A stretch of 64,000 nt of DNA from IMG/VR virus record IMGVR_UViG_3300032770_000003, positions 96,001 through 160,000 of that record; one strand, given 5' to 3'. This DNA comes from a virus. The translations under genes were made by a program, and so were the position numbers. Of the stretch, positions 1-9,498 are shown in pieces. How positions within the stretch are numbered: the first letter of the stretch is position 1; each line of letters begins with the position of its first letter. The notes beneath the pieces are model-generated. The model ran no database searches and was not told where the DNA came from. It saw only the letters and a list, made by a program, of their open reading frames with translations.

Positions 1-92
1 GGTGCGGGAGGAGGCGGCGGCGGTGTCGCAGGCGCTGGGGTGCTTTCCTCAGCGGTCTCACTCTCGGGTTCGTCGGATCTTTTCCTGCTCAT
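1..92 (-). CDS. hypothetical virion-module protein, partial (runs off the window)
   Basis: ATG at 92 after an AGGAG RBS; translates MSRKRSDEPESETAEESTPAPATPPP...; follows the stop of the upstream gene. Confidence 0.55.
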   Translation of the reverse strand, partial: MSRKRSDEPESETAEESTPAPATPPPPPPA

Positions 93-103
93 CGTCACTC
101 CTC

Positions 104-1102
104 TCACGCCGAAGTGTCGTACAGAATGTCGACGGCTCCGTCATCATCCACAGCCTCCAACACAACACGAAGCTGTTGCGCGAGGTCTGTTGGCTGAACA
201 AAGACGTCGAACGGATACTGGAACTCTGCGGTCATCGCACGCATGTAGGTGAAGTCTGGTTGGTATTCGGGTCTCGGGACGAAGTCAGTCGCTGACAGCT
301 TCATCGCGATGATCCCTTGGCCCTCCAGATACTGGCGGCCAATCGTCAGGATGCTTTTCACGATCGCGTGCAAGTAGATCGTGAACTCCGGGTTGGGACC
401 AATGATTTGGATCTGATACGAGACTCCGTACATCGAACCCAGGCGTTCGACGACGTTGGCATTCTCGCGCTGGTAGAGACCACTACGCGGCTCACCGACG
501 ACTTCACTGGCATCGGCGCGGATGACGAAGACCGAGGTGTTGTCGAGCGCTGGTGCCCAGTTCGGTGACACCATCAGCGTGTCTTGACCGTTGGTCGTGA
601 TACCGCGCTGCTGACCAACGCCCTTGCCGCCGACGATGTGGACGGTGTTGTTACCGACACGCCACTGATCCAGCGTCCACGCTCGGTTGTCGATCTTGAG
701 CGTGTTGGCAGTCGCCGACAGGACTCGTTGCGGACCGAACCGCAGCGGGCCCTCACCACTCAACGTCGAGACAGACGCAGCTCCTCCGAGCACGTCTGTT
801 TCACCGGAAAATCCGTCATAGGACAGAGCATCCGGAACCTGTCCATAGCCCATACTGTCGCCCATGTAGGCTGTGGCTTCCTGTTCGGACTTGAGCAGGA
901 TGACGATAGCGGGGACCTTCAGCGTCTCGCGTGGGTAGTTGATATCGAGATAGACCTGCTGCTTCTGGAAGAACGTGTGCATCTCGCTCGCAGAGTTCCG
1001 ATCGAGATTCCGGAACAGCTGATCGAGCAAGCGACTGTCACCGCGGAACATACGGATTCCGCGCACGATGACAGTACGGAAGATGAACTCGGGCAGGATC
1101 AT
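104..1102 (-). CDS. putative neck / tail-completion protein
   Basis: Start MILPEF at 1102 overlaps the upstream stop (TGATG); sits after the head-closure genes in a Herelleviridae-like order. Confidence 0.55.
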   Translation of the reverse strand: MILPEFIFRTVIVRGIRMFRGDSRLLDQLFRNLDRNSASEMHTFFQKQQVYLDINYPRETLKVPAIVILLKSEQEATAYMGDSMGYGQVPDALSYDGFSGETDVLGGAASVSTLSGEGPLRFGPQRVLSATANTLKIDNRAWTLDQWRVGNNTVHIVGGKGVGQQRGITTNGQDTLMVSPNWAPALDNTSVFVIRADASEVVGEPRSGLYQRENANVVERLGSMYGVSYQIQIIGPNPEFTIYLHAIVKSILTIGRQYLEGQGIIAMKLSATDFVPRPEYQPDFTYMRAMTAEFQYPFDVFVQPTDLAQQLRVVLEAVDDDGAVDILYDTSA

Positions 1103-1578
1103 CAGATCTTGATCCGGCTGAAGGCGGGCGTGTACGCCTTGGCAATCATGTCTTCCGTCTCCTTGAAGACTTCCTCGTGAATGTCGTACGCCTCGAATCC
1201 CGGGTGCCACCAACTACTAGGAGGAGAGGTCTTGGACACCGTCCGGAATTCTCCGTCGTGCATGGGGATGACCCGGCTGGTGCGGTTCTTGAGCAGTCCA
1301 GGCTTCATGTCGAAACGCTGAGCACCGCTTTCCAGCGCCACCGGCAACCAACCTGAGAGGGTTGCTTCGACACCGTCTACATCCGCACGAACGATGAGCC
1401 CATCCATGTACTCGGTTAGGCTGGAATCCAGTACGCTCTGAGCCTTCTCTCGCCAGACGCGCTCCACCTCTTTGGCCAGCGCTGCCGAACCCTGCTTGTG
1501 AGCAGCCATCACCGCCTTCTCAATCTGAGAGGAAGATGGACCTTTGATCTCGATCCGGTATGTGTGAGCCGGAAGCAT
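1102..1578 (-). CDS. putative neck / tail-completion protein
   Basis: 158 aa; FDMKPGLL and WWHPG motifs typical of myophage neck-region proteins; tightly coupled in the operon. Confidence 0.55.
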   Translation of the reverse strand: MLPAHTYRIEIKGPSSSQIEKAVMAAHKQGSAALAKEVERVWREKAQSVLDSSLTEYMDGLIVRADVDGVEATLSGWLPVALESGAQRFDMKPGLLKNRTSRVIPMHDGEFRTVSKTSPPSSWWHPGFEAYDIHEEVFKETEDMIAKAYTPAFSRIKI

Positions 1579-2394
1579 TCAGCAGCTCACGCGCTTACTG
1601 AGCGGTATACGATCAGCCGACGTGATCAGAAGGCTGTCGTTCACGTAAGCGACGTGGCGCTTGCGGAGAAACACCAGGGGACCAAGATCGACGTTGTCGC
1701 GATCGACGCGCTCCTGAGGAGGAGCCCACACGAGCCACTCAAAGTACGCAGTGTACTTGACGACGTAGCGCTGACCGACCTGGGGGCGATTGCCGACCCA
1801 GCGGATCACGCGACCAGGGCCGAAGACGAAATCCCCATCTTCCAGGTACTGCTTACCGGTGTCGTCCTCGCACCACAGCGAGTAGACCGGTTCGTACCAG
1901 AGTCGATCCTCATCGGTTGTGAGCCCAGGCGACAACCGCAAGTTCTCGTCCATGGTGGCGGCCCCACGGACGATGGTCTGACCGTCGTTCAGCGGCTGAG
2001 CCCACGTGGCCGTGAACTTGTCGTCCAGGGCGACATGCCGCATCGGAGCGCCGTTGTGGTTGCAGCCGAAAAAGCCGGGCCCGATCGAAAACTGCATGTC
2101 GCCGGGCTGGTGGGTCCCGACGTCGATGACGTTGTTCTGTTGGCGGATCGAGGTAGCCAGTCCCCGGACCACGACAGGGTCTCGATAGAGCCAGCCGTCA
2201 CCGCCGCAACGCGGACAGTTAGGAGATCGGGTCTGATACTGACCGTCCCGGAGCAGGTTGGCCGAGACGTCAGCCGTGCGGCAGTGAGGGCACGCGACGC
2301 CGATCTCATGGATCATGTCGCTCCCGCGTTCCTCGATGAACCCCTCTTGGAGCCCCGGTTCGAACTCCACGCCAAGCCCCATCCTGCTAGGCAT
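1579..2394 (-). CDS. putative head-closure protein with Zn-binding CxxC pairs
   Basis: ACPHC...CPRCGGDGW motif and gene position as in SPO1/Twort-like head-completion genes. Confidence 0.6.
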   Translation of the reverse strand: MPSRMGLGVEFEPGLQEGFIEERGSDMIHEIGVACPHCRTADVSANLLRDGQYQTRSPNCPRCGGDGWLYRDPVVVRGLATSIRQQNNVIDVGTHQPGDMQFSIGPGFFGCNHNGAPMRHVALDDKFTATWAQPLNDGQTIVRGAATMDENLRLSPGLTTDEDRLWYEPVYSLWCEDDTGKQYLEDGDFVFGPGRVIRWVGNRPQVGQRYVVKYTAYFEWLVWAPPQERVDRDNVDLGPLVFLRKRHVAYVNDSLLITSADRIPLSKRVSC

Positions 2395-2947
2395 TGTTGT
2401 TCCTCTTCACCGCAAAGTTAAAAGGACTATCAATCCTCTCATGCGGACAGAAGCCGTAGGCTCCTCGTGCTTGATTGCAGTTGTGACACAGAACGCGGTA
2501 GCCACTCGGAAAGCTGTTCTTGATCAAGAAGCGATAAATGCTCTGGTTGCTTCCGCCGAGTTCGCGCTTGTGCACGCGACCACCACCATTGATGTGATCG
2601 ATGGCAAGAAAACAATAGTTGGATTCACCGCAACAAGCACACATTCCACCGTACGCTTGAAGAACCTGAGTGCGTAACTCAATCAGATTCTTGCGGTGCC
2701 ACTCCTTCATCAGAGTCTTGGACTCTGGTTTTGTGTTCCACTTTTGGCGAGCTGCCTTAGACGCTGCGGGGTTCTTCCTGTACTGGTTTCGGGAACAAGT
2801 GGCCTTACACTTTTTACACTGACGCGAACGTCCACCGCGTGAAGTAGCACGCAAACAAAAGTCAGCCAGAGGCTTCGTGTCGCCGCATGTGCGACAGGTT
2901 TTCTCTGTTGAGTCGACGCCTAGACCAGGCGCGAGCGAACGTGCCAC
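2387..2947 (-). CDS. HNH homing endonuclease
   Basis: N-terminal CxxC..CxxC; C-terminal CACCGE...LAIDHING...LCHNCN. Confidence 0.85.
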   Translation of the reverse strand: MARSLAPGLGVDSTEKTCRTCGDTKPLADFCLRATSRGGRSRQCKKCKATCSRNQYRKNPAASKAARQKWNTKPESKTLMKEWHRKNLIELRTQVLQAYGGMCACCGESNYCFLAIDHINGGGRVHKRELGGSNQSIYRFLIKNSFPSGYRVLCHNCNQARGAYGFCPHERIDSPFNFAVKRNNNA

Positions 2948-3026
2948 ACCAAGAGAATCCGTACTCTCAGGTCAAGAGTCAAGAGAAACGAAGTGAACGA
3001 ACTTGACAAGTAAAGCGACTTCTGTG

Positions 3027-3446
3027 TCAGTCGCTTGATCTGTCAACAGCATCCAACCAAGTCGCGACAACAGCCTCCCCGCCGGGGCACAGTGACAGGC
3101 ACGCCAAGCCGTACAGACACTCAGTGAAGGCTGCAGCCGTCTGGCCCGGGACCAGGCGCTCTATCAACGTGTCCCCACCATGCGCGACCGCATCCACAGC
3201 AGCCGCACCCATGGACTCCAGTTCCGCTGGTGAGGCAATGCGCACACGGTCAATTGCCGCGGGCAGGCCGTGGCGAAGAAGAGCAACCAACAGCCCACGG
3301 GGCCGTGCCAGGATGGGGGCCAGTAGGCGTAGATCGCCCTGCGTCAGAGCGTCTGCGCCACCTGCGGTGAACCGCTCGATGACACCCGCAAGGCCCGTCG
3401 TCGCTTTCGGGCTGCGTTGATCTTGTGTCGGTTCAGCTTGGCCCAT
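3027..3446 (-). CDS. hypothetical protein
   Basis: 139-aa ORF on the operon strand. Confidence 0.45.
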   Translation of the reverse strand: MGQAEPTQDQRSPKATTGLAGVIERFTAGGADALTQGDLRLLAPILARPRGLLVALLRHGLPAAIDRVRIASPAELESMGAAAVDAVAHGGDTLIERLVPGQTAAAFTECLYGLACLSLCPGGEAVVATWLDAVDRSSD

Positions 3447-3877
3447 GCTGCCACCCTTGCGCGCTCAGGCGCCGGATTCGCCGCCCGGCGCTTGCGGCGT
3501 CTCGCATTGACCAGATCCTTGTGGGCCCGCTGCCATGTGGTGGACTTCTGATTTATGCGCTTCGCGTTACGCTGGTAGTACCGCTTCTGGTTCGCACGGA
3601 TCCGGGAGTGATTCCGACGGTAGAAAGCACGCTGAGCCTCCAGCGAGCGCGACGGCCATAGGAGCTTTTGAACCGGGTAGGGCGTGACCACCCTCGCACT
3701 GGCGTGCCACTCGGGCGCTGCCCATGACGGCAGCGCCGTAGCCGCTGCAAAATCCTCGAAGATTTCGAGCGAAGTGAAACGCGAGCCTGACGTCGATTCG
3801 AGCCACATCGCTTTCTGTGCGCGAACAACCGCACGGTTCTTTCGTCGACGTCGACCACGGTTGCGCCGCTGGTTCAC
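3344..3877 (-). CDS. basic helical-repeat protein resembling HNH DNA-binding arms, no nuclease domain seen
   Basis: GTGA overlap with the upstream gene; Arg/Lys-rich repeats (RYYQRNAKRIN, WQRAHKDLVNA). Confidence 0.45.
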   Translation of the reverse strand: MNQRRNRGRRRRKNRAVVRAQKAMWLESTSGSRFTSLEIFEDFAAATALPSWAAPEWHASARVVTPYPVQKLLWPSRSLEAQRAFYRRNHSRIRANQKRYYQRNAKRINQKSTTWQRAHKDLVNARRRKRRAANPAPERARVAAWAKLNRHKINAARKRRRALRVSSSGSPQVAQTL

Positions 3878-5604
3878 AAAACGACCATGTTGGGTCCGCG
3901 GAAGGCACCCCGAAGCTGCGCGAGGTTGTTCGTGATCCAGTCGTTGTACTCCTTGATCGCGGCGCCGAAGATCCCCGCCTGAGCGTTCTGTGTGTAGGAC
4001 ACAGACTCTGACACACCATCCCGAGAGACCGACTGAGACGACAGGCCGGGACGGAACGCCTGGCCCGCGATGGTCAGGATCGTGATCGCCGCCTTCTTGG
4101 CTACCAGCTCCAACAGCACCTGCGGGGTCTTGCGGAAGCCCACCAGCGCCTCAAAATTCCAGAAGTTCGGCAGCGGTGTGGGGCCACGAAGCGACTCCAC
4201 CCAGACGAGCCCGATGAAGTTGAAGGCTACCTCCTGGTTGAATGGCACCAGCTCCACCCAGCCGGACATTTCGTGGCGCTCCACCCACTCCAGGGCGATG
4301 TCCACGATCCGCACGTTCGACAGCTTGCCGTAGAGCTGATCGAAGCGGATCAGGGGGATGTAGGGGCACTTGAAGCTGATCCAGTGCTTCGCGGACGGCG
4401 TGGTGTAGGTCAGGGCATCGACGACCTTGTCCCAGGTCGCGCCTATGAGCTGGGGGATGTCCGTGTCCGGGCTGAACGACAGGACGTCAGGGTCCACTTC
4501 GGTCACGATGCGGGTGGGCTCCAGGAAGACCGCTAGCACGTCGTCTTCCACCCACGAGATCGCTTCGTTGATGAGCTGGCGCATGCGCGCATCGGTCAGC
4601 GGGGTCCGGCTCACCAGCAGCTCTTCGGCGTGGCTCTGCAGGGGCAGAGCTGCGATCGACTGGATCCGCACCTGGATGTAGTCAGCCGTGTTGCCGCGCT
4701 TGAGGGTGACCATCTTCATGCCAGGCTCGATCACCTGAGACGGGCCACCGCACCACGAAAGCAGCCGGGTGATGGTCGGGGCATCCATCTGGTTGAGGAG
4801 CCCGAGAGCGGTGGTTGCTGTGCCGGCTGGGTCCACCAGCAAGGAAACGTGCCCACCCGTGATCCGGACGTGCCCCGTCTCCGCCACCGCAGTCACCCCG
4901 ATGTTGGCGGCGGTGATGACCGTCGCAACCTCAGCTGCCGTCGCATGGGTGATGTCAACGAAACTGCCTGTAAGAAAGGTTACAGTCAGGGGTCCGCTGC
5001 CATCGACTCGAAGCACGAGCGTCTGGCCGTTCGCCAGACCAAAGGTCTCAGCTGTCACCCCAAGCACGGTCGGCGTGTGATCGACGCTGAAGTTGTACGA
5101 GAGCGGTTCCCAGGTTTGGGGGTGGCGCAAAGAGACCATCTCAACCGTCACCCCGGTGATGAGCTGGGGTTGGTTGAGCACCGTCAAGACGTTGGTCGCG
5201 AACTGATCAGTCCCGTGCAGGTAGTCAGCCTTGAGCCGCGCCACCGTGATGAGCGAGATGTGGAAGTCGCAGGAAACCGCTTCCACCGTGGGGTTGCTGA
5301 CCGACACCACGTGAACGAAGTAGAGCCCACGATGAACCGTGTTCACATCATCATGATCGACGATGCTGGGGAGGAAGAAGCTCAGTTGATACGACTTCGG
5401 GATCGAGTCGGTGATCGTGAGCGTCTTGGTGGCGACGATCTCGTCTCGCGCTCGCCGCGCCTTGCGCAGCTCCAGCGTGACTTGCTCATTCAGGAGGTTC
5501 TGACCTGTGGGCGTGATCGTCGCGTAGATGGTGTTGTGCTCTTCCTCGAAGCGACTGTACTCGTCACGGTCGACCTCTACGGCCAATGTGATCGGAGCTG
5601 ACAC
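3874..5604 (-). CDS. putative head-tail adaptor with long N-terminal extension
   Basis: 576 aa; C-terminal GLSSQSVSRDGVSESVSYT motif typical of large-myophage adaptors; downstream of the capsid gene. Confidence 0.65.
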   Translation of the reverse strand: MSAPITLAVEVDRDEYSRFEEEHNTIYATITPTGQNLLNEQVTLELRKARRARDEIVATKTLTITDSIPKSYQLSFFLPSIVDHDDVNTVHRGLYFVHVVSVSNPTVEAVSCDFHISLITVARLKADYLHGTDQFATNVLTVLNQPQLITGVTVEMVSLRHPQTWEPLSYNFSVDHTPTVLGVTAETFGLANGQTLVLRVDGSGPLTVTFLTGSFVDITHATAAEVATVITAANIGVTAVAETGHVRITGGHVSLLVDPAGTATTALGLLNQMDAPTITRLLSWCGGPSQVIEPGMKMVTLKRGNTADYIQVRIQSIAALPLQSHAEELLVSRTPLTDARMRQLINEAISWVEDDVLAVFLEPTRIVTEVDPDVLSFSPDTDIPQLIGATWDKVVDALTYTTPSAKHWISFKCPYIPLIRFDQLYGKLSNVRIVDIALEWVERHEMSGWVELVPFNQEVAFNFIGLVWVESLRGPTPLPNFWNFEALVGFRKTPQVLLELVAKKAAITILTIAGQAFRPGLSSQSVSRDGVSESVSYTQNAQAGIFGAAIKEYNDWITNNLAQLRGAFRGPNMVVL

Positions 5605-6204
5605 TTAGGGGATGCCTGTGAAGAGATCCGCGCTAGCTGCGTTGGGAACTGTCAGCCGGCGCTTGTAGTTCGTGGCAGGGATGAAGATCTCAACGTCAGC
5701 CAAGCGGACCAAAGGCAGGAAGAACTCACCATTCGCGTCCGTCAGCACCGAGACCAGATCGTCGGTGAGCGCCACCAAGCTCTGCTCGATGGACGGCATG
5801 CCGACGATCTGGGCTGACACCGCAATGCCGACCTGCGGGTTGCCCTGCATGTCGTTGATGTGCCCGGTGAGCGTGCAGGTGTCGAGCACCACCGCAGTCG
5901 AGGCTTGGGTAGCCGGGATCACCTGCGCGATGGTGGTTGACTGATCGATGCTGGCGCCCTGGACGATGACCGTGAAGCTGCCCAGCGTGTTCAGCTCACT
6001 CGAAGTGAAGCCGATCGTGTAGACCCCGCTCCCGATCTCGGTGAAGTTGAGCGACGTCAACACCTTCGCGGTGAAGCTCGACTGTCCTTCCTTCCGGTAC
6101 TGGGCAGTCACATCCGTATAGACCAACCCCGTCACACCCACTGAGGCTTTGCTCAGGAGCACGACGAGGTTGGCCGCCACGGACTGAGTCGCTTGCTGAC
6201 TCAC
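5605..6204 (-). CDS. putative virion structural protein (beta-rich)
   Basis: 199 aa; TDANGEF motif; within the structural operon. Confidence 0.55.
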   Translation of the reverse strand: MSQQATQSVAANLVVLLSKASVGVTGLVYTDVTAQYRKEGQSSFTAKVLTSLNFTEIGSGVYTIGFTSSELNTLGSFTVIVQGASIDQSTTIAQVIPATQASTAVVLDTCTLTGHINDMQGNPQVGIAVSAQIVGMPSIEQSLVALTDDLVSVLTDANGEFFLPLVRLADVEIFIPATNYKRRLTVPNAASADLFTGIP

Positions 6205-6205
6205 A

Positions 6206-6484
6206 TCACCCCTCGAAGATCAAGGCTTGGTAGGTCGTACCAGACGCCGATGTCAACCAAAACTCACCAAACAAGACGTCTTCAGCAAATTCGACACCTT
6301 TGTTGATGGTGTAGCCTGTCTTCCCTCCATCGAACGAAATGTCCATGGAGTTGGTGTCCCCGGTGTTCGTGACACGGACACGAAAACCCACGCCCCCTCT
6401 CAGAGGAACAATCCGTGTCGGGACTCCAGCGCTGAGCGTGCCATTCACATGGCTCGCTCGCATGGGTCTAGTCGCTGCCGGCAT
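6206..6484 (-). CDS. hypothetical structural protein
   Basis: 92 aa with AGGAG RBS; in operon. Confidence 0.55.
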   Translation of the reverse strand: MPAATRPMRASHVNGTLSAGVPTRIVPLRGGVGFRVRVTNTGDTNSMDISFDGGKTGYTINKGVEFAEDVLFGEFWLTSASGTTYQALIFEG

Positions 6485-6523
6485 TCACAGCTCCTTAGAG
6501 CGTCGCCCTCGACGCTGATTCGA

Positions 6524-6742
6524 TTAGAGCGCCGACGGAGCGGGCGGTTCCGGCAGTTCGAGCGTCGTGGCGACCTGCTTTGCCAGCTGCATTGCCGTCA
6601 CGATCTGCGAAGTCGTGGCAGTCGATGAATCGAGCGCAGCCACAGCGGCCACGAACGCATTCCACTGCTTGCGCACTTCGTGTGCAACCCTACTGGGGGT
6701 ATCATCCGTAATCGTAACCTTGAGCGGGGTGATTGCGGCCAT
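6524..6742 (-). CDS. hypothetical protein
   Basis: 72 aa with GGAGGAG RBS. Confidence 0.55.
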   Translation of the reverse strand: MAAITPLKVTITDDTPSRVAHEVRKQWNAFVAAVAALDSSTATTSQIVTAMQLAKQVATTLELPEPPAPSAL

Positions 6743-6747
6743 GGGCT

Positions 6748-7284
6748 CTACTCCTCCGCGGTGGGTGCCTTGGTGGGCTGACGCCGCCGTTTGATGGTTT
6801 TCTCGCCAGAATCTACGTCTGAGATTGGTTCATCGTCCGCGATCGGCGCCTGAGGGGTTGCATCAGGAGTCACAGGCTCCGGAGGAAGTCGGCGCACGAC
6901 CGGTACAGTCGGGTCATCGGCACCAATCGTTGGGCCTGTGACGACTGCAGGAGGCGGAGAGATTGTTTCCCACGGCTTCGGATCCACAACCTCTTCAACA
7001 CCATTCATACCCAGGAGTACGCGGAAATCTGTCAGTTCAGAAGCGCGTCCGCGTGGTTTCAGTTCACAGATACCATTCCCATCGAATTTGAATGCTGTAT
7101 TACCCACAACAACAGTCCGACCAGTGAGTCTCTTGCAACGTGCTTTCATGATTTCCCCACGGTAAATGGCCGGCTTGGGTGGTTCAAATTGAGCTGCGTT
7201 GAGAGGTTGTACCGCAGCCATCAGTGACTTCGGAGAGGTCGTACGCCTCTTTTCCATCCTCCTACGGTAAGTATCCTCGTCCAT
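6748..7284 (-). CDS. hypothetical protein (post-capsid gene)
   Basis: Probable start MDEDTY at 7284, just after the HNH stop. Confidence 0.5.
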   Translation of the reverse strand: MDEDTYRRRMEKRRTTSPKSLMAAVQPLNAAQFEPPKPAIYRGEIMKARCKRLTGRTVVVGNTAFKFDGNGICELKPRGRASELTDFRVLLGMNGVEEVVDPKPWETISPPPAVVTGPTIGADDPTVPVVRRLPPEPVTPDATPQAPIADDEPISDVDSGEKTIKRRRQPTKAPTAEE

Positions 7285-7289
7285 CAAAG

Positions 7290-7982
7290 TCAGCTCACCT
7301 GGACTGAGATGAACTGTTCCAGTGTCTGGAAGCTTGGCACGTTGTGCATGACATCGTCCAGAAGCTTGGCTCGACGATACAGCTCCTTGATACCCGCCCA
7401 CTCTACCGTGAGATGACACTTGTCGCACAGCGTGATCAGGTTGCTCAGCGCATGAGCCTCTTCGGGGGTATCGAAGCAACGTTCAGGAATCAGGTGGTGA
7501 ACGTGTGCCTGCTTGCCAATAACCGGCTCTTTGCACTTACGGCAGTGGTGACCATCTCGCTCACGAGCTTTAGCCTTCTGTGCTTTCCCAAGTGAGTACC
7601 AACCACCATCGAACTCATGATTCGCATCAGCGGCCTGCTCATTGCGACCAGTCTTAGACATCCGATCAGACATCGAACACGTGCGCGAACAGTACCTGTT
7701 CCACGACTGAGTCACTGGATTTCCACAGCCTGGTTTGGCACACAGCGGCCGGACTACGTGGTGACGAGATGCTTTGATCTTGACCAGCATCGCCTCATCA
7801 CAGAGCACAGCACCCGGGTAAGCAGCCAGATACGTCTCCGGCAGCATCGCGTGCTCTTTGTGAAGGTGCGAATTGGTGATCATCCGAAACTCTCGACCGC
7901 AAGCTTTGCACTGAACCATATCGACCTCCCAGGGCTGCGACTCTGGGGCGCAAACGCCTGGGAGGTCAACTGGATTCATCAC
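7290..7982 (-). CDS. HNH endonuclease with N-terminal zinc fingers
   Basis: CKACG..H..H; YCSRTC; RDGHHCRKC...HVHHLIP...NLITLCDKCH. Confidence 0.85.
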   Translation of the reverse strand: MMNPVDLPGVCAPESQPWEVDMVQCKACGREFRMITNSHLHKEHAMLPETYLAAYPGAVLCDEAMLVKIKASRHHVVRPLCAKPGCGNPVTQSWNRYCSRTCSMSDRMSKTGRNEQAADANHEFDGGWYSLGKAQKAKARERDGHHCRKCKEPVIGKQAHVHHLIPERCFDTPEEAHALSNLITLCDKCHLTVEWAGIKELYRRAKLLDDVMHNVPSFQTLEQFISVQVS

Positions 7983-8007
7983 CTACTTGATTCGGTGGAT
8001 GACCTTG

Positions 8008-9468
8008 TTACGTTGCCCGGTTCAAACGACCAACGTTGATGTACCGGAGCCACTTTTTCGTAGCAAACAGGATCGGGGTCCCGTACAGCAGCACCATCCA
8101 GCGGAACGCCGGAGCCAGCACCGCGAGGTCCATCCGCAGCATCGGGAGCAGCTGGCGGAAGGTCAGCACGGATGGGGTCATCTCACCCATGTACGCGATC
8201 TCGGTGAAGGGCAAGAGGAAGTTCACGTCGTTCACCGCCGTGGTTCCGCTCGCCGCCTGCGAAGCCGCAGGCACCTGCAGGATGAGAGAGTACTGAGTCA
8301 GATCCGTGGGCGTGGCGGTGCCCGAGGCTTGAGCAGCCGTCCGGTAGATCCGGAAGTACTCAGGAGGGAACGCACCGATCGCACCAGGGTTGGTGATGAC
8401 GAGGTGGATGTGATCACCAGGATCCTTCTGACCCTGGGTGATGTCCTGACCGTTGGCAGCTCCCATGATCAGCGGCGCCGACTCGCCGAAGCGGTTGGCC
8501 GCCGTCACCACGTAGGCGTAGTTGTTCGTCCCGGCAGCGGCGCCCTTGTTGAAGTCGCCGTCCGTGGCACCAGCCACCGACGCCGCGATCGAGGCCGGCG
8601 TCGCCGGAGCGTTCGGGCTCGTCGCTGCTGAGGGAGGAACCGGCAGCTGCTTGAGGAAGACGTCCGGGTTCAGCTCCATGACGCCCGCCTGGGTCATGAT
8701 GGAGTTGACCGACAGACCGACCATGCCGTTCTGCGGAGCCGGCAGCTGGATGCGCTCCTTCGGATAGAACGTCTTCACCAGGTCGGAGGCGACACGCGTT
8801 CCCAGCCACAGGTCGGTCGGGTAGGCGAAGTTCTCCACCAGCTGGTTGGCGCCTTCCTCGACGTCAGCCTCCTGCATGGGCTGCCCTTCGAGGTCGATGA
8901 ACGTGGTCGGATCGATCAGGGCATCGAGTCCGTCCCACGATTCGCTTTCGCCGTCGAAAGCCAGAGACGAGTCACCCTTGAACAGCGACGTCTCGATCCG
9001 CTCCAGGAGCCAGAGAATACCGTTCTGGTTCTCCAGAGCGATGACGTCACCGTGTGCCGGGTGAACTACCGTCATCTGGTGGGTGACCTCACGGGTTGTT
9101 CCGATGAACTTGACCAGCGAGGTACGGCGGGCGTAGCTCGTGTCCTGTGTGGGAGGCAGCTCGCCTTCCTGCACGAACGCGAAGGCGTCCGAACCGTAGT
9201 CGATGAGTTGGTTGTACTCTTCGACGGTGCTGTACGCGGGGGACTTGGGGATCTTCTTCCACAGCTTGATGTGATGAGCCGTGTAGGTGAGAACCTTGAG
9301 AGATCCTTCCAGCGACTCGACACGCAGAGCGGAACCACCAGTCTGATTCGTGATCTGGTAGCCGGCTTCGAGCGCCTTCGCCAGATCCTGCACAGACTGG
9401 CCTTGGTCGATCCCGAAGCCGTTGTAATTCCCCGCCGAGTACGGAGAGTAGTTAGACAAACCGATCAT
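8008..9468 (-). CDS. major capsid protein (Herelleviridae-like)
   Basis: GGSALRVESLE and STVEEYN motifs; AGGAG RBS; follows scaffold and protease. Confidence 0.9.
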   Translation of the reverse strand: MIGLSNYSPYSAGNYNGFGIDQGQSVQDLAKALEAGYQITNQTGGSALRVESLEGSLKVLTYTAHHIKLWKKIPKSPAYSTVEEYNQLIDYGSDAFAFVQEGELPPTQDTSYARRTSLVKFIGTTREVTHQMTVVHPAHGDVIALENQNGILWLLERIETSLFKGDSSLAFDGESESWDGLDALIDPTTFIDLEGQPMQEADVEEGANQLVENFAYPTDLWLGTRVASDLVKTFYPKERIQLPAPQNGMVGLSVNSIMTQAGVMELNPDVFLKQLPVPPSAATSPNAPATPASIAASVAGATDGDFNKGAAAGTNNYAYVVTAANRFGESAPLIMGAANGQDITQGQKDPGDHIHLVITNPGAIGAFPPEYFRIYRTAAQASGTATPTDLTQYSLILQVPAASQAASGTTAVNDVNFLLPFTEIAYMGEMTPSVLTFRQLLPMLRMDLAVLAPAFRWMVLLYGTPILFATKKWLRYINVGRLNRAT

Positions 9469-9498
9469 GGTTTTTCTCCTTGCCTTCCAGCTTCGGGG